From positions 124,001 through 159,842 of the forward strand of contig JAPEUD010000058.1 in NCBI GenBank assembly GCA_026026165.1: a stretch of DNA of 35,842 nucleotides, in the 5' to 3' direction. Below are positions 1-11,776 of the stretch, piece after piece. Position 1 is the stretch's first letter; every line of letters starts with the position of its first letter. The position numbers and the translations under genes were made by a program. Under the pieces are notes generated by a model. The model saw only the letters and a program-made list of their open reading frames with translations. It was not told the DNA's origin and did not search any database. The stretch comes from Sarea resinae. Its lineage: Eukaryota.

Positions 1-326
1 ACGAGATCTATGTTTCCTCTACCTAGGTACGCTGTGTGCGGCACCTGTGCTGATATCAAGAGTACGCTAAGGGAAATAGTCGAAAGCAATGTCCGAAACC
101 TGGAGAGGTATTGGACGCGGACGGTGGCAAATAATAGGCTTTGCTCATCAGTAAGGGGTTACGCCGTTGACGAGACAGTACAGCATAGATAGTTGCCTTC
201 AAGCATTTAGCTACATACACCTCTGAAATAAAGCGAGCGACGTTGGTTAGCTAGACCAGTAGGCGCAAACGGCCCTTGCGGAGAACAAGAACAGCATCGT
301 GATAGACCTCCGTCTTTACGATCCTC

Positions 327-2552
327 CTAGATAGTGTGATACACGTTATTCTGCCGCTCGTCAATCTCTCCGAGAAAGATCCGGACATCTTGGGATCCAT
401 GGTTTTCGGTATAGCCCACGTAAACTGATCAGACCGGATTAGTATACGATATAAGCCATCGAGGGATGATACATACTTCTACGACGGACGGATCTTTCAG
501 GAGCAGAGCCCTTGCCATCAGGACCCGTGACAAGCGGCAGAGAGATCAGGGGATCGTTGTCGAAGGCGACTGGATGGGCGTCGAGCTTTTTAATTGTAAG
601 ACTTTGATTACGAGCAGTATAGGGTCTGAACATACCTGAATGACGGTACTTTTCTTACTAACTTCTATCGCTGGACTCAAAGCGCTTGAGTAGCTTTCTC
701 CATAAGTATTAGAATACGTCAGGTTGTACCTATGTATTGTTAATTTGAGGAAGTAGGGGCGTTGAGCGTAAAGACCATGTATCTACCGACCTTAACTTCT
801 TCCCAACGAAGTCTTCCTTTGGCAGAGAGAATGACTCCCACTCAGGGTGTGCTTTCGACGCAACAGCTTGAGCGTTGATGTGCTGTTCACCAGCCGGGAG
901 CGTTTTCATCGGAGCAACAGGGATTCTGCTGTTCCATTGCCTAACTACTGTAACGTCAACAGCCATCCAAGTAGCAAGATTTACAACGTACTGTTTTCCT
1001 CCAGATTAGCGACGACTGCACGGGCTGGTCGGAGGTTGAAATCGACTGCCTGGACCGCATATTCTCGCCACAAGCGAACAATAGCATCGCTTTTGTTGTC
1101 ACCAAGCGCCAACGCATTGTATGATCTTCAGAGGTAATTAGCACGAGCTCCCAGAGTGAGCCAGGGCATCGACACTGACATAATCTCAGTTTTGTCGTCA
1201 TAGCCAAGCTCGGGCCGCAAGGTTTGAAGAGGTATCCACCCTACTGAGAGAAATGGCCAGTCGTCTTGTATATACTTCTTCTCGCCGTCGACGAAGTGCA
1301 CTTTCTCTGCTCTGCCTCGAGGTGTGTCTCTGACGATTGCTAAAAGTACGTCGCGTGCTCTGATAGCATCATTCCGTAGCTTCAAAGATTATTAGCTCGA
1401 TCTTTTCTGAAGAAAATATGACATACCGCTGTGATATCATCATCAAGTTGTCTTACGGCCTCGAGATACTGCGCTATTCAATGTGAGAATCGGCATTGCG
1501 CACAGGCTGCAGGCCAAAGCAACCGGTCGTGAAGGAGAACTTACTCCATTTTTGACCATCTACATACAAGGCTCTTGCGTAAATGCCGCGAGTAACGATA
1601 ATGCTAGATTAGAAGTCAATTTTCATTCCGAGATCTCAGCATGTAATAGCTCACGCCTGTTCGCTACAAGTTAACGCAAGTATCGTGCAGAATTGCCGAT
1701 AGGCTCACCTTATTGAATATAAGCAACCAATGGATAGCCAGTAAGTAGAGATCCAGCATCTGTTGAGCGGGTATGAATTCCGGTTTTTCAATATCGGTCT
1801 GCATTTCTCCAACTGCAGACCTTAGCAAGTCTGTCTTTTCAAGCAGGTTACCATGGTCGAAAAGCAGTGGCTTGAATTTATCTGGATCATCAGACGCCGT
1901 GACATTCAGCGTGGTCTTATGACTTTCTATCCATAAACTAGAAAAAGCCGGGCTTAGTGAGGTCACCTCAACAGATCCGGGTGTACAGACCCTGAATCAC
2001 GAACTACCGTGTATAGCTTATCGTAAAGCTGCTTCTTGAACATGTTTTGGATTTCCTCGACGGTTTGAGTCATTTGGCTCTTGAAGTCCGCTTGAAGTTT
2101 CTTGATCCCCTCCCCAAGCTCATCCTTGAGATTCTTAACAGTCTGCAGAATAGCCGTGATCTCTGCTTCTTGTCGCTTGAGTACGACCAGGACGGGCGCG
2201 TTGAGCTGGTCGACAGTTGGTGACTTTGGATCCTCCCCAGCGTTTGGAGATGCGTTGTCTTTGCTGAATATAGCCTCGATGGCCGGAATGGCGTTATCGA
2301 TGACGGGGCCTATTATTCATTACTCAGTGGATGCATGAGTCGATAAATATCGAGCCGCGGTTTGCATACCAACCATGGGCACTGCGTGAGCAATGATTCC
2401 CGCAAGTGGCGCAAGAGATTTGATGATGGGCGAATGCGAAACCTGGTATAGGGAGAGACACGCATTAGTCAAGAGCTCAGGTCGTTTCAGTTTTATCCTA
2501 CCAAGTTCTTCACAGCCCCGACCGCCGAAGAAACAAAATCGAAGAAGCCCAT
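327..2552 (-). pseudogene. Multi-exon orphan gene (~12 exons, roughly 550 aa) with one in-frame premature TGA at 1128-1130; N-terminal amphipathic helices, possible alpha-helical toxin-like protein
   Basis: Manual splicing of canonical GT..AG introns (e.g. 2369-2310, 1990-1938, 1708-1657, 1654-1604, 1426-1380) gives a continuous frame from MGFFDFVSSAVGAVKNL|VSHSPIIKSLAPLAGIIAHAVPMVG|PVIDNAIPAIEAIF to ...RRRIYVGYTENHGSQDVRIFLGEIDERQNNVYHTI*. The frame continues past the TGA at 1128-1130 (RANYL*RSYNALAL). Confidence 0.6.
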
Positions 2553-4238
2553 CTTGCAAGGCAGTCGTATTATTGATTTCAATTCGCGGTAGGGTTTGAC
2601 GCTCAAGGGACGAGCAATTACTGATAGGAGCGGGGTATAAAAGATATGAGATTTCTCCATAGATTTTCTGGGGGAGAGGTCGTTATCAAATAGGTCTTTG
2701 CAGTACGGCCTTTGGAAAAGTCCGTACGGCTGGCAGCTGCCTAGGGGCTCCTCAGCATATATGATATCAATCAGTCGAATTAAGACTCGGAATCGAGATA
2801 CTGTCATAGGACCAAGATAGGACCAAGCTCTAATCTTACAGATGCCACATCATGCAGAGGAAGGTGTCTGGTTGCCAAGATTGTTTGCGATGGCGTTACC
2901 TGGATGCGAATGAATCCACAGTGCTGAGGAGGATGTGATTGTGGCTACATTGTGGCCACCCGCCAGCCCATTTCTGGATATGCAAATAGCTCGTAAGCAT
3001 CTACCCGCGCTGAACGGCAAGAGTGGCAATCCTGAGTACGAAAAATCATCTCAGATGATGTAGTCGTGTATGTGTCCGGCCTGATGGGGATAATCTCGAA
3101 GGTCAAGTTTTGGGCATAGAAGCGTAGACGCGTCGTCTTCCCGTCGAATTTCCCGCTGAAAAGGGAGGGGAATCTCCGAAAACTGTGTAGAGCGGGCCAT
3201 CGATCACATTTTTGTGTCTGGCCAAGCCGCTGTGGCTTGCCAGCGGCTAGCCGAAGCTAAATTATAATCACGATGATTGTCAGCGCATCAATATCAATCA
3301 AGGACCTCTGATAAGTCACCAGCAATCAATCACCCGGGCGGGGGCAAGGTTCGCTTAGCATCTTCACGTAACTCAGCTAAGGCGGTGTGCGTTGGATCTG
3401 CGCCCCGCTCATCTTTGGTGGACTTGACAGATGCTATCAGCTCAATTCGGATGTTTGACTAAACCTGGATCGACTCCAGGGACAGATTTGGTCCAGCTTT
3501 GACTGCGCAATAGCCAATGAGAGGTATCTCCAGACTACCGAGCTAACGCAGAAGACTTCGTCTCCGCTTCGTGGCGTCGAGAAAGACATCTTTCATGTTT
3601 ACTCGCGTTTTTTGGCGTACAGCCAAATGCCCAGGGCGGGTTTGCACTCTAGTTGTTTGTTGCAGCCCTGCGGAAAGGCTGAGGGCATCACGTTGCAGGA
3701 GCATGTTCCTCACCTGAAGCGGTCCTCCTGGCGGTGTAGGGCGGCGTCGAAGCTCTCCGCAAAACAAGCATAGGCAGGCACCATCAGGGCACAGATCCTC
3801 AGTGGTAGACAATGCTGAAGGCACCGACGATGTAAGCAGCTGGATGAATCATGGATTTTTCGGTGGCTTCCGATGATGTTGCACCTGGAGCACAAACTCC
3901 GGTAGTCTACACACGGTTGAAGCAATTTCAGGCCACGAAGCCACGACAAATGAGAGTATCATATGAGAGTAGGTTTTTCTCAAGGTATGCAATGTTCCGT
4001 CGGTGACTGTATTGCCAAGTATTGAGCTGTGGTCAGAGGAAAGGCCCGTGAATGGCTGATGTCTTACGCATCTTCGAGATTAGCCTTCAAGTTATATTGA
4101 AGCATATCTCTTCTATCATTCGTCTACTCTTGGAGCATATCGTATCCGCACTGCAATCACATACAGATATTCGCATCAGATTCCAATCTTCGAGAGTAGA
4201 ACGTCCAAGCCTTACCACGTCTACAAACATCTTCCAAC

Positions 4239-6279
4239 ATGTCGGAAGAGTTCTCGCTCTGGGGAGCTGCCACTGTTGTGAAATCAGCCGCCGCACGAAA
4301 TGCAACACAAGCCGAGTACGAGTCTTCAACTATTCACATTCCTTCTGACTGGCTTGTCGCAAAACACAACCTTGAGACCGACCCAGACAACGAAGCATAT
4401 CAAGAGAAGCTCCGCATATTCGATTTTCAATTCCAAACCTTCGATCTCTATGAGAAGGACAAGGCTCTTTAATCTTCCGACACCAGCCAAGGATCTCACA
4501 TGTACGAATACAGCAGACCAGTTGACTGCAGTAATGTGGAAAACGCAATTCTAGACCCGGCGCTGATCGTATGCTACATGACCAGCATTGTTGGATTCGC
4601 TGGACTCGTTCCACCAAGCCACCAGTTGTGGAAGCAATTCGACGATAATCAAATATCAATCGCTGACTATCAGAGACTCAAAGAGAATCACAAAGAAGAG
4701 ATGATGAGAGAGACGGCAAAACTCCTCATCGCTGTCAGAAGCGGAGAGCATATACCACTCGGAACCCGAGTCTTTCTCTTTGACGATTCTGTCACGGTGG
4801 ACAAGTTTTCGATACACAAGACCGAGCAATACGTTACATTACGAACGGCCAGAAAGCACACCTTCCGCGATGGTATATCTCGTCATCAGTTCCGCGTTTT
4901 CCCTGGATTCCCCAACAAGCTTTTGTTTTTCAACTGGGGCGAAGGAAGGTCGGCAGTACCTTCCTTTGACGTCTTCAACAACCTTGTTGCATCTTTGATG
5001 TGGAGCGCCAGCGGCAAACTCGGGGCCATGCGCTATCAATTATTTTTACAACAGCAGCCATCTGACGACGAAGTTTTCGCTTTCGTGATTGACGAGCACC
5101 AGTCATTTGCCAAAGCGATAGGCTTTTGGAAAGATCCTGAGCTACATGGGACCGCCAGTCTGCTGAAGCTTTTGGGAGTCACCTTTGGAAGGGTCAACCT
5201 GCACATAGTCTCGTATTATCACTACACCCAAGACCAGGCAAATGACTGGGCGGCAAGGGAGCTCCAACGCTCTCGGAAGTTTCAAGCCAACCAGCCAACC
5301 AGACGTACTCGTGTCCGCACGGTCACTGATGATGACATGCGCAAGTGTGGAGCGGAAAGCGCAGGACTCCCTGTCTTTGAGCAGATATACTCCCTTACCT
5401 ATAGCGACAACCAAGCGGCTACAGGTTATGACGACCGTCTCCTCGAGCTTGGAATATACAACGAAGCTGAAACGCAGGTTGGCGCCCCAGCTCTTGACCT
5501 CGCCAATGTCTTTGGAGATCCTTGGAGATGACGAGGATAAACTGTTCCGGGAAAAACTTGAAGCTGTAGTGAAAGAATACGCTTGTCGTCGGCTCGGCGC
5601 AGATTTTCTTTCCCAACAGCGCCCGAAAGGTGTTCAAACAGTCAAAGACCACGTCATCCTGTTCGATGGCCCCGGCAAAGCCATCGAAAGGGTAAGGGAA
5701 GACTTGTTCGCTTTCGGGTCTATTCAAGGTCTACTACGAGCAGCCTTGGAAAGCATGTGGGAGGAGACGAACGCTGAAGTGCTCGGAGCGCTCTGGCAGT
5801 ATGTGCAAGGGGGCGATTCTCCCCCAAAGAACAGATTTCGATTCGATCAGCAGAAACGTCCGAAAGCCGCGTGGAGCTTTCGCGCTCGCGCAGATCGTGT
5901 CTTCCTAGGCGAGCACAGCATCACGACTCTTTGGATCAACGAAGCCATAGCAGCCCGGCTTGCAAGGCCGGAAGCCCTTAGCATGACCCAGAATCTCTGC
6001 GACACTGCAATAGAAGAGCAGTGGGCAACCAAGAGATTGCTGGATGCTAAACGGAAAGCATGCGATAAGGTCTGGTATCCTCACCTAAAGGTGTTCCGGT
6101 TGAAGGAGCTCGAAGATCTTCAGGACAGGTTTTGGAAACAAGAAAGAAGAATAGAAGATAAGCGGCAACGCTTGCAGCAGACAAGGCAATTGGAAGAATA
6201 CCAACAGACGCCGGAGGTCAGGCTAGCAGAGAACGAGCGAAAGGTCTTGTTAAGATTGAGTGTTCAAAGGGAGACGTAG
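4239..6279 (+). pseudogene. Intronless hypothetical gene (~676 aa when reconstructed) broken by a TAA at 4470-4472 and a +10 bp frameshift at ~5520
   Basis: ORFs 4239..4472 and 4500..5531 share a frame and are separated only by one TAA. Removing 10 bp of TTGGAGAT-CC-TTGGAGAT joins ...NVFGD to DEDKLFREKL... of ORF 5242..6279. No family recognised. Confidence 0.6.
5512..5529. repeat. 8-bp direct repeat TTGGAGAT-cc-TTGGAGAT, a possible transposon excision footprint
   Basis: Seen directly at 5512-5519 and 5522-5529. It coincides exactly with the frameshift in the 4239-6279 gene. Confidence 0.6.
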
Positions 6280-6452
6280 GAGCAGCTCAAGGTGCGCTCG
6301 CCTGGAGCTATTCACGGCTGGGGTTCGTACCGAAATTAACTACCACGAGCGCCAACACTCTCAACTCGATCACCAATAGGGTCAAATATTAGTGCTGTCA
6401 GTATCTGTACTATTTCATAGTCAAGCATAGTCGGAATCTGATATATAGAAGC

Positions 6453-7950
6453 TCATTGTCTGCTTCTATTTTTTAGCTCCTCGTAGGCAGCCTTCTCGAA
6501 CTTGTGATAGAGTTCCACCGTAGGAACATCGCCAAATGGGAAGATCTGGGCCGCGTAGTACCCATAGACTCCACTTGCAGGGTCAATCCACTGTAGAGAA
6601 GTAAATAATATGATCTGGGGTACAAGGCGTAGCGAGATGGTGGTAAATACCCAAAAGAGATTCGGCATCCCGCTCCACGAAAGAGTGCCTCTCTTTCTTT
6701 TCTCCGGCACATCTTCAAGAGCGAGGAGGCCGCCAAGCCCCCAATTTACTTTTGAGTCTTCAGGTATGCCACTCAGAAATGCTGCCTTGAAGTCAGGAGG
6801 CATCCTTGCTAGAACTTCGTCGAGGTATTTTGAGTCGGGTAGCTGGGGCGTAAACATTAAGTTGACAGTTTCACTCTTCAACAATACCCTATCGTTTTGT
6901 AGAAGAGCGGAGAGGAGCTTCACGTAATCCGTTGGCGTAGTAAACATGCCACTCCCACCGGTATCAAACCGGAGCCCAATTGTATTGAAGGTGGAAATGC
7001 CCAGGCCTCCTTCTGCTTGGCGCTCAAACATAGGTACTAGTCGCGATTTCACATCCTCCCGCAGCTCGGCATAGAACGTAGTCATCTTCATTCCGAGAGG
7101 ACCCCAGATGTGTTTTTCCATGTAGTCTTCGAGGTGTTCCTCGCCGCTTACCCGCTCAACCTGAATTTCCGACACATGCGTCAGGCCAATTTGTTCTCAC
7201 CATGTTTGTCGATCAACATACCACGACACCTGCCCAAGCCAGAGAATCCGAATATCTCCAGCCGTCTCCAGGCTCATAGAGTAATGGCAAAAGGCTTGTC
7301 TCTTCCTATTAATGTATTAGTTCCCGCTTCTCCGTCGACCAATGTCTTTTGGCTCACAAGGATGCTTTCCTGATTCAGAGACTTGCTTATAGCTTTTTTG
7401 TAAGCTCGAGCTTCGGGACTGAAATCCCCATAGCACATTCCGGCCGAATGCGTAAGCAGATGTCTGCCGTTCATAATCAGTTGAAAAGCATTGCGTATAG
7501 TGCACACGCCTAGAAAGTCCTTACCTTAGGGTCATCTTTTTCGTTGATGGCTTGAGGATCGGCTCTCCTGTATCTCCATCGAAGCCTTTCAGAATATGTG
7601 GAGACCTCCATTCGGGCAGGACGCGAGTGATATCTTCATCGAGATCGACTAGGTTCTGTTCGACAAGCTGAAGCGCCGCGACCGTGGTCGGCAATTTTGT
7701 GCACGACGCCACCCAAAAGGCTGAATCCAAGTCGAAGCGGGGTTTATCCGCCTCAAGAGATTGCGATCCGAACGCTTCTCGGATTTCGAAAGTCTCTATG
7801 AAGCAGTGTATCAGATACTCTGCAAAACTTTGGGTTAGGAGTCAACTTACTCTCTCTATCACTGCTCAACACTACTGCGCCAGGAACCGTTCGTTGTTCC
7901 TTTTCCACTTCCCCCGCGGCTTGCTGTAATTCCGATCTGAAGGCGTCCAT
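6453..7950 (-). CDS. Serine beta-lactamase-family (family VIII) esterase/transesterase, LovD-like; 6 exons
   Basis: Start MDAFRSELQQAA at 7950. Motifs: FWVASCTKL (SxxK), RHLLTHSAG, YEPGDGWRYSD, HIWGPLGM, GGSGMF and GTLSWSGMPN. Five canonical introns keep the frame. Stop at 6453. Confidence 0.9.
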
Positions 7951-9064
7951 CTTTGATTTGCAAATAATTTGCACGTAGAAGTGATAACAATCAAGGAAAC
8001 GAAGACCTGGCTTTATATTCCTATGAGCGAACTCACTCTCGGGCATATAGCAGATACCTTCAAGCGCTTGTCGGACAATATTCTGTGCTTTTTTTTCCGG
8101 CAGAGGTGCGGAGGACAGGTAAGCTTACAAATCGCGAAGCTTACAGTATTCCATGGCGACCCATAGACTTGCTGGGCTTTCGTGTCAGCCGAGGGATCTG
8201 ACAGAACAACGCTTATACCGCCACAGCGTTGTCAGCGTCCGTAAGCAGAAAGACTGTGCGTGAATCAGGTGTCATATTCTATGATGCGGGAATTCGCGAT
8301 TGCGTCGAGTTCCCAAATAGATGCCACATCTATAAGTCTGTCTGGGCAGACTGTGATCTTTTCACCGCGCCTGTTTCCGCTAATGCGAGTTTCTAGCCAT
8401 ACGCTCGCAATGCGCCGCCTCCAATATACCTTGCTTGCTTCCAGATCTCCCCTCTCCTGACTGCGCCCTGGCGAGACGCAAGGCCAGACTTAACATCGAT
8501 GTGGACGGTGTTTTTGTGGTCGTTGCTACACGTGCGCTTCTCGACCCGCTCTGGTGGTCGGGCCTTTGTAACGATGAAAGGGAAAGGAAATGACTGCAAT
8601 ACTAATTGGTACCAGCTGTGGACCAGCGCGTACATTTGAAACTAAGGCTGCAATATGCACGCCTCAAGGGAGCCTTGCTTTGCGTTGCCCTACTATGTAG
8701 GCACAGCCGACAACAATTTCAGCTCTTTCGCGTCTATCGCGTCTATCGTACCTCTCGTGAAGGCCTATGTGGCTCCGTTTCCTGACGTCGGGAGCACGCG
8801 CCAATTTTGTCACATAAGGCATCGGCAAGCGGGCAGGAGTACGTTCTTGAAAAGCGCATCACCTATAGCATGACTGACTTGGACTGGGTGGCTTTGTAAT
8901 CGCGAATAAGTCAGACTCTGTCAGGCATAGCCCTGCCAGATACACTAGAATGGGAAGAGTCTGATTCACGTTGGTTAGATCTCAGTGTCGTATCCAGAGA
9001 TACGAAAGCTAATGTTTTATAAGACACACATCTCTGATCCGCTCTCTTGCACCGACGAAGCCTC

Positions 9065-10633
9065 TTACACTTTCTGCTCTTCAAGCAGGCCCTTCCTATT
9101 CACATGGAATAAATCCATAATGTACTCCTCCCCTTGCTTCATATCGATCTTATCCCTCTTCTTATCCAGTACCCTCTTACTCTTTGAGATGTTTTCTGTT
9201 ACATCCTTCCACTTCACCGTCTTGCCCACTTCCACGATCCCCTTGCCTCCAAGAGGATCAGCTTGTACCGTGAGATCCACCAATTTCGCCTCTTCTTTCC
9301 TGATAATGCCATCGACGAGCACCATGTCGATGTCCCTGGGGCCACTGTGTAGCACAATCGCCGCGACGGGGTCCTCTTCTACCACGGCCAACATCGTCGG
9401 AGAAGTTCCATCGAACACCACGAGATCCGCTTTCATGCCCTCTCCCAGCTTGCCCACCTCATTCTCCAAGCCTACGGCCTTTGCGCCGCAGATCGTGCCG
9501 AGGTTGAACACCTGCTCAATGTTGAATCCCGTCTGTCTCGACCACATACCCCCTTCTGCAAGCTCCTCCTGCCTCTTGCACCGCGCATACTGCAGGATCA
9601 AGTTCATCTGCGCGGGCAGGCTCGCAGAAGTCAAGCTATGGCAATCAACCCCGAGACTCGCTTGCGCGGAAAAGTCTTCCCGCAGCGCAACGGGCGGCCA
9701 TCCCATCTGCAACTCCGTGCTCGGGGTGCTCGACACATGCGCTCCCGACTTTGCATACAACTCTCCATCTCCTTTATGCGGGAAGTTCGCATGCGAGATC
9801 AAGATGTCGGGACCGAGCAAACTATGCATGGACAACATCTGCGCGGCACTCGGAGCGCCGCCCATCATGGGCCCGCCCATGCCGTGCGTGGTGATGAGCT
9901 TCGCTTTTCCCTTGGCCGGGTCGCGGAGGTCGGCATAGAATGGCTTGATGACATCTGCTGGCAGGTAAATGTTGTCGACCGCGTAGCCCATGTAAACCCT
10001 GCCGTCGAAAGGCGCAGCGAGAGCGAGGTCCTGAAAAGCAGATTTCGTTTCCTCGGAAAAATAGTCATCTTCGCTCTTCCAGGGATCCCAGGACGAGACT
10101 GTGCGGGGTGGGTTGTAACAGTAGATTGTGCGGAGGCCGGAGGTGAGCAGGGCTTGGATTGCAGCAATAGCTGGCATGAATTAGCAAAATGATGAGCGTT
10201 GACGGGTTTTGGATTGCTTACGATGCTCTGGCTTGCTGTTACAGCTCGAGTGGTCCACGACCGTCGTAGTGCCCGCATCGATGGACTCCATAGCACCAGC
10301 TAGCTGGCCCCAGAAGAGGTCGTCGGCCGAGTACAATACGGCGGCAAAGGGCCCCGATGCCATGTACCCCATAAGGGTCTGGTTGGCGTGCTTTCCCTTC
10401 GCTTGGGTCTGGTACAAATGGCGATGGGTATCGATGAAGCCAGGGCTGACGATCTTGCCCTCGCAATTGACAACTTTGGTTTCCGCGTCCGGTTTGATAT
10501 GCTCGGCGATCTTCGCGATGGTGGAGCCTTCGACAAGGAGGTCTGAGACAGTTGGGACCACATGGTTGTTCGCATCGTGAATGAGAAGGGTTCCACCCTG
10601 CAATAAGATCTTGGAGTTCGATTGAGCAGCCAT
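9065..10633 (-). CDS. Metal-dependent amidohydrolase (MTA/SAH-deaminase/AtzA-like subgroup); 2 exons
   Basis: Motifs: PGFIDTHRH (HxH), DAGTTTVVDH, LITTH, ISHAN, LGVDC, and GKLGEGMKADLVV. One intron at ~10220-10171 (GTAAGC...CTAAT...CAG). Confidence 0.9.
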
Positions 10634-10979
10634 TGGTAATAGAATTAATCAAGATTTATCTAGAAAGCTTTCGTGGCATTGGGAAAGCAGTCGGTATTTG
10701 TATGATCATCACGCCTTTACCCCGCATCATCACTGGCCATCAGAGTATCGCCGTCAGCTTACTGCTTACTTGCAGCAAGCCTCCTCCCAAATTGGTGGCG
10801 ACAGATTCGCCAACGAAACAAACAATGAACCTGCTTCGCACAGGAGCATCTCGCTAAAACTCTGAAAGATGACGTCGTGCGATCTTAGACTCTTTGATAA
10901 ACTCCTTACCTAGTAGCTAACTTCTCATGGCCTGGGCTGGCCTGACAACCAGTCTAAGGCCTTTAGACCAGGCGTTTAG

Positions 10980-11445
10980 GCATTCTCCAAGCCGTACCTT
11001 CTTCAACAGCTACAGTTCATCCCAAACCTGCGCACCCTCCTTATTTGCATTAATGCCTTCTTGCATCAATGCCTTGACCGGATGAATCAAAGGCAATGCA
11101 TGACATCAAAGTCTCTACCTTCAAATGCTGCCACATCACACAAATTGCCCTGTTCAAGTCGTAAATTCGCAAAGCCTCTTTCTTTCCGACCAGCTTTGGC
11201 ACTGGCGCCAACATGGCCTTGTAATCAATGCCAATCACGGAGCCTTGAGGAACAAGCGTAGCAAGGTTTGATGTAATGCCCCTAGGACCACAACGCACGT
11301 CGAGGATCTTGTCGGTGGGCTAGAGGTGCGGTAGGAGGTAAGTGGCCTTGTTGGCGGCGTTGTAGCAGGCGTGCATTAATGCTGCTACTTTATAATATCT
11401 AAGGGTATACTTTAAGCCTTTTAAGAAAGCTTTAGCATCTGCTAT
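10980..11445 (-). pseudogene. Degenerate class I SAM-dependent methyltransferase (UbiE/COQ5-like)
   Basis: Translation reads AANKATYLLPHL*PTDKILDVRCGPRGITSNLATLVPQGSVIGID (from ILDVGCGPG), then after a frameshift NLRLEQGNLCDVAAFEGRDFDVMHCL*. It has stops, a frameshift and a TpA-rich 5' end. The left boundary is approximate. Confidence 0.8.
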
Positions 11446-11776
11446 AGTAGAATAGAATAGAAGACACTAAGAGAAAAAGTCAGTGTTATAGACACAGTAC
11501 GCAGAGAAGCTAATGATAATTACTATTCTTATTATTTGATCTTTAAATACTAGTATCAAGCTCTCTTGTATTTACCTTAAAAAGTAAAGATACTCTTTGA
11601 TGCTTAACAACAGAGGCAAACCAGGCGCGGAACAAAAGAGAGGGCGCTGCCAATCACTTGAGGCACACTCTTCTTTTTTTGGCTTGTGCTTTAGATATTG
11701 CTTACAGAGTAAATTCAAAATGTCTGACTATATGTGCATCGTCTATAATCGCTTGTCTTGATATTGGCACGAGACC

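Noticed and set aside
3543..3949. Short Cys-containing minus-strand ORFs
   Set aside because: No coherent gene model or recognisable motif.
8985..9938. 317-aa plus-strand ORF
   Set aside because: Antisense shadow of the amidohydrolase; Ser-rich with no motifs.
8118..10770. Repeated GCTTAC hexamers upstream of the esterase (~8123, ~8139) and the amidohydrolase (~10757, ~10764) as a shared regulator site
   Set aside because: Too short, identical to the reverse complement of a splice-donor-like word, and not clearly clustered upstream of the other cluster genes.
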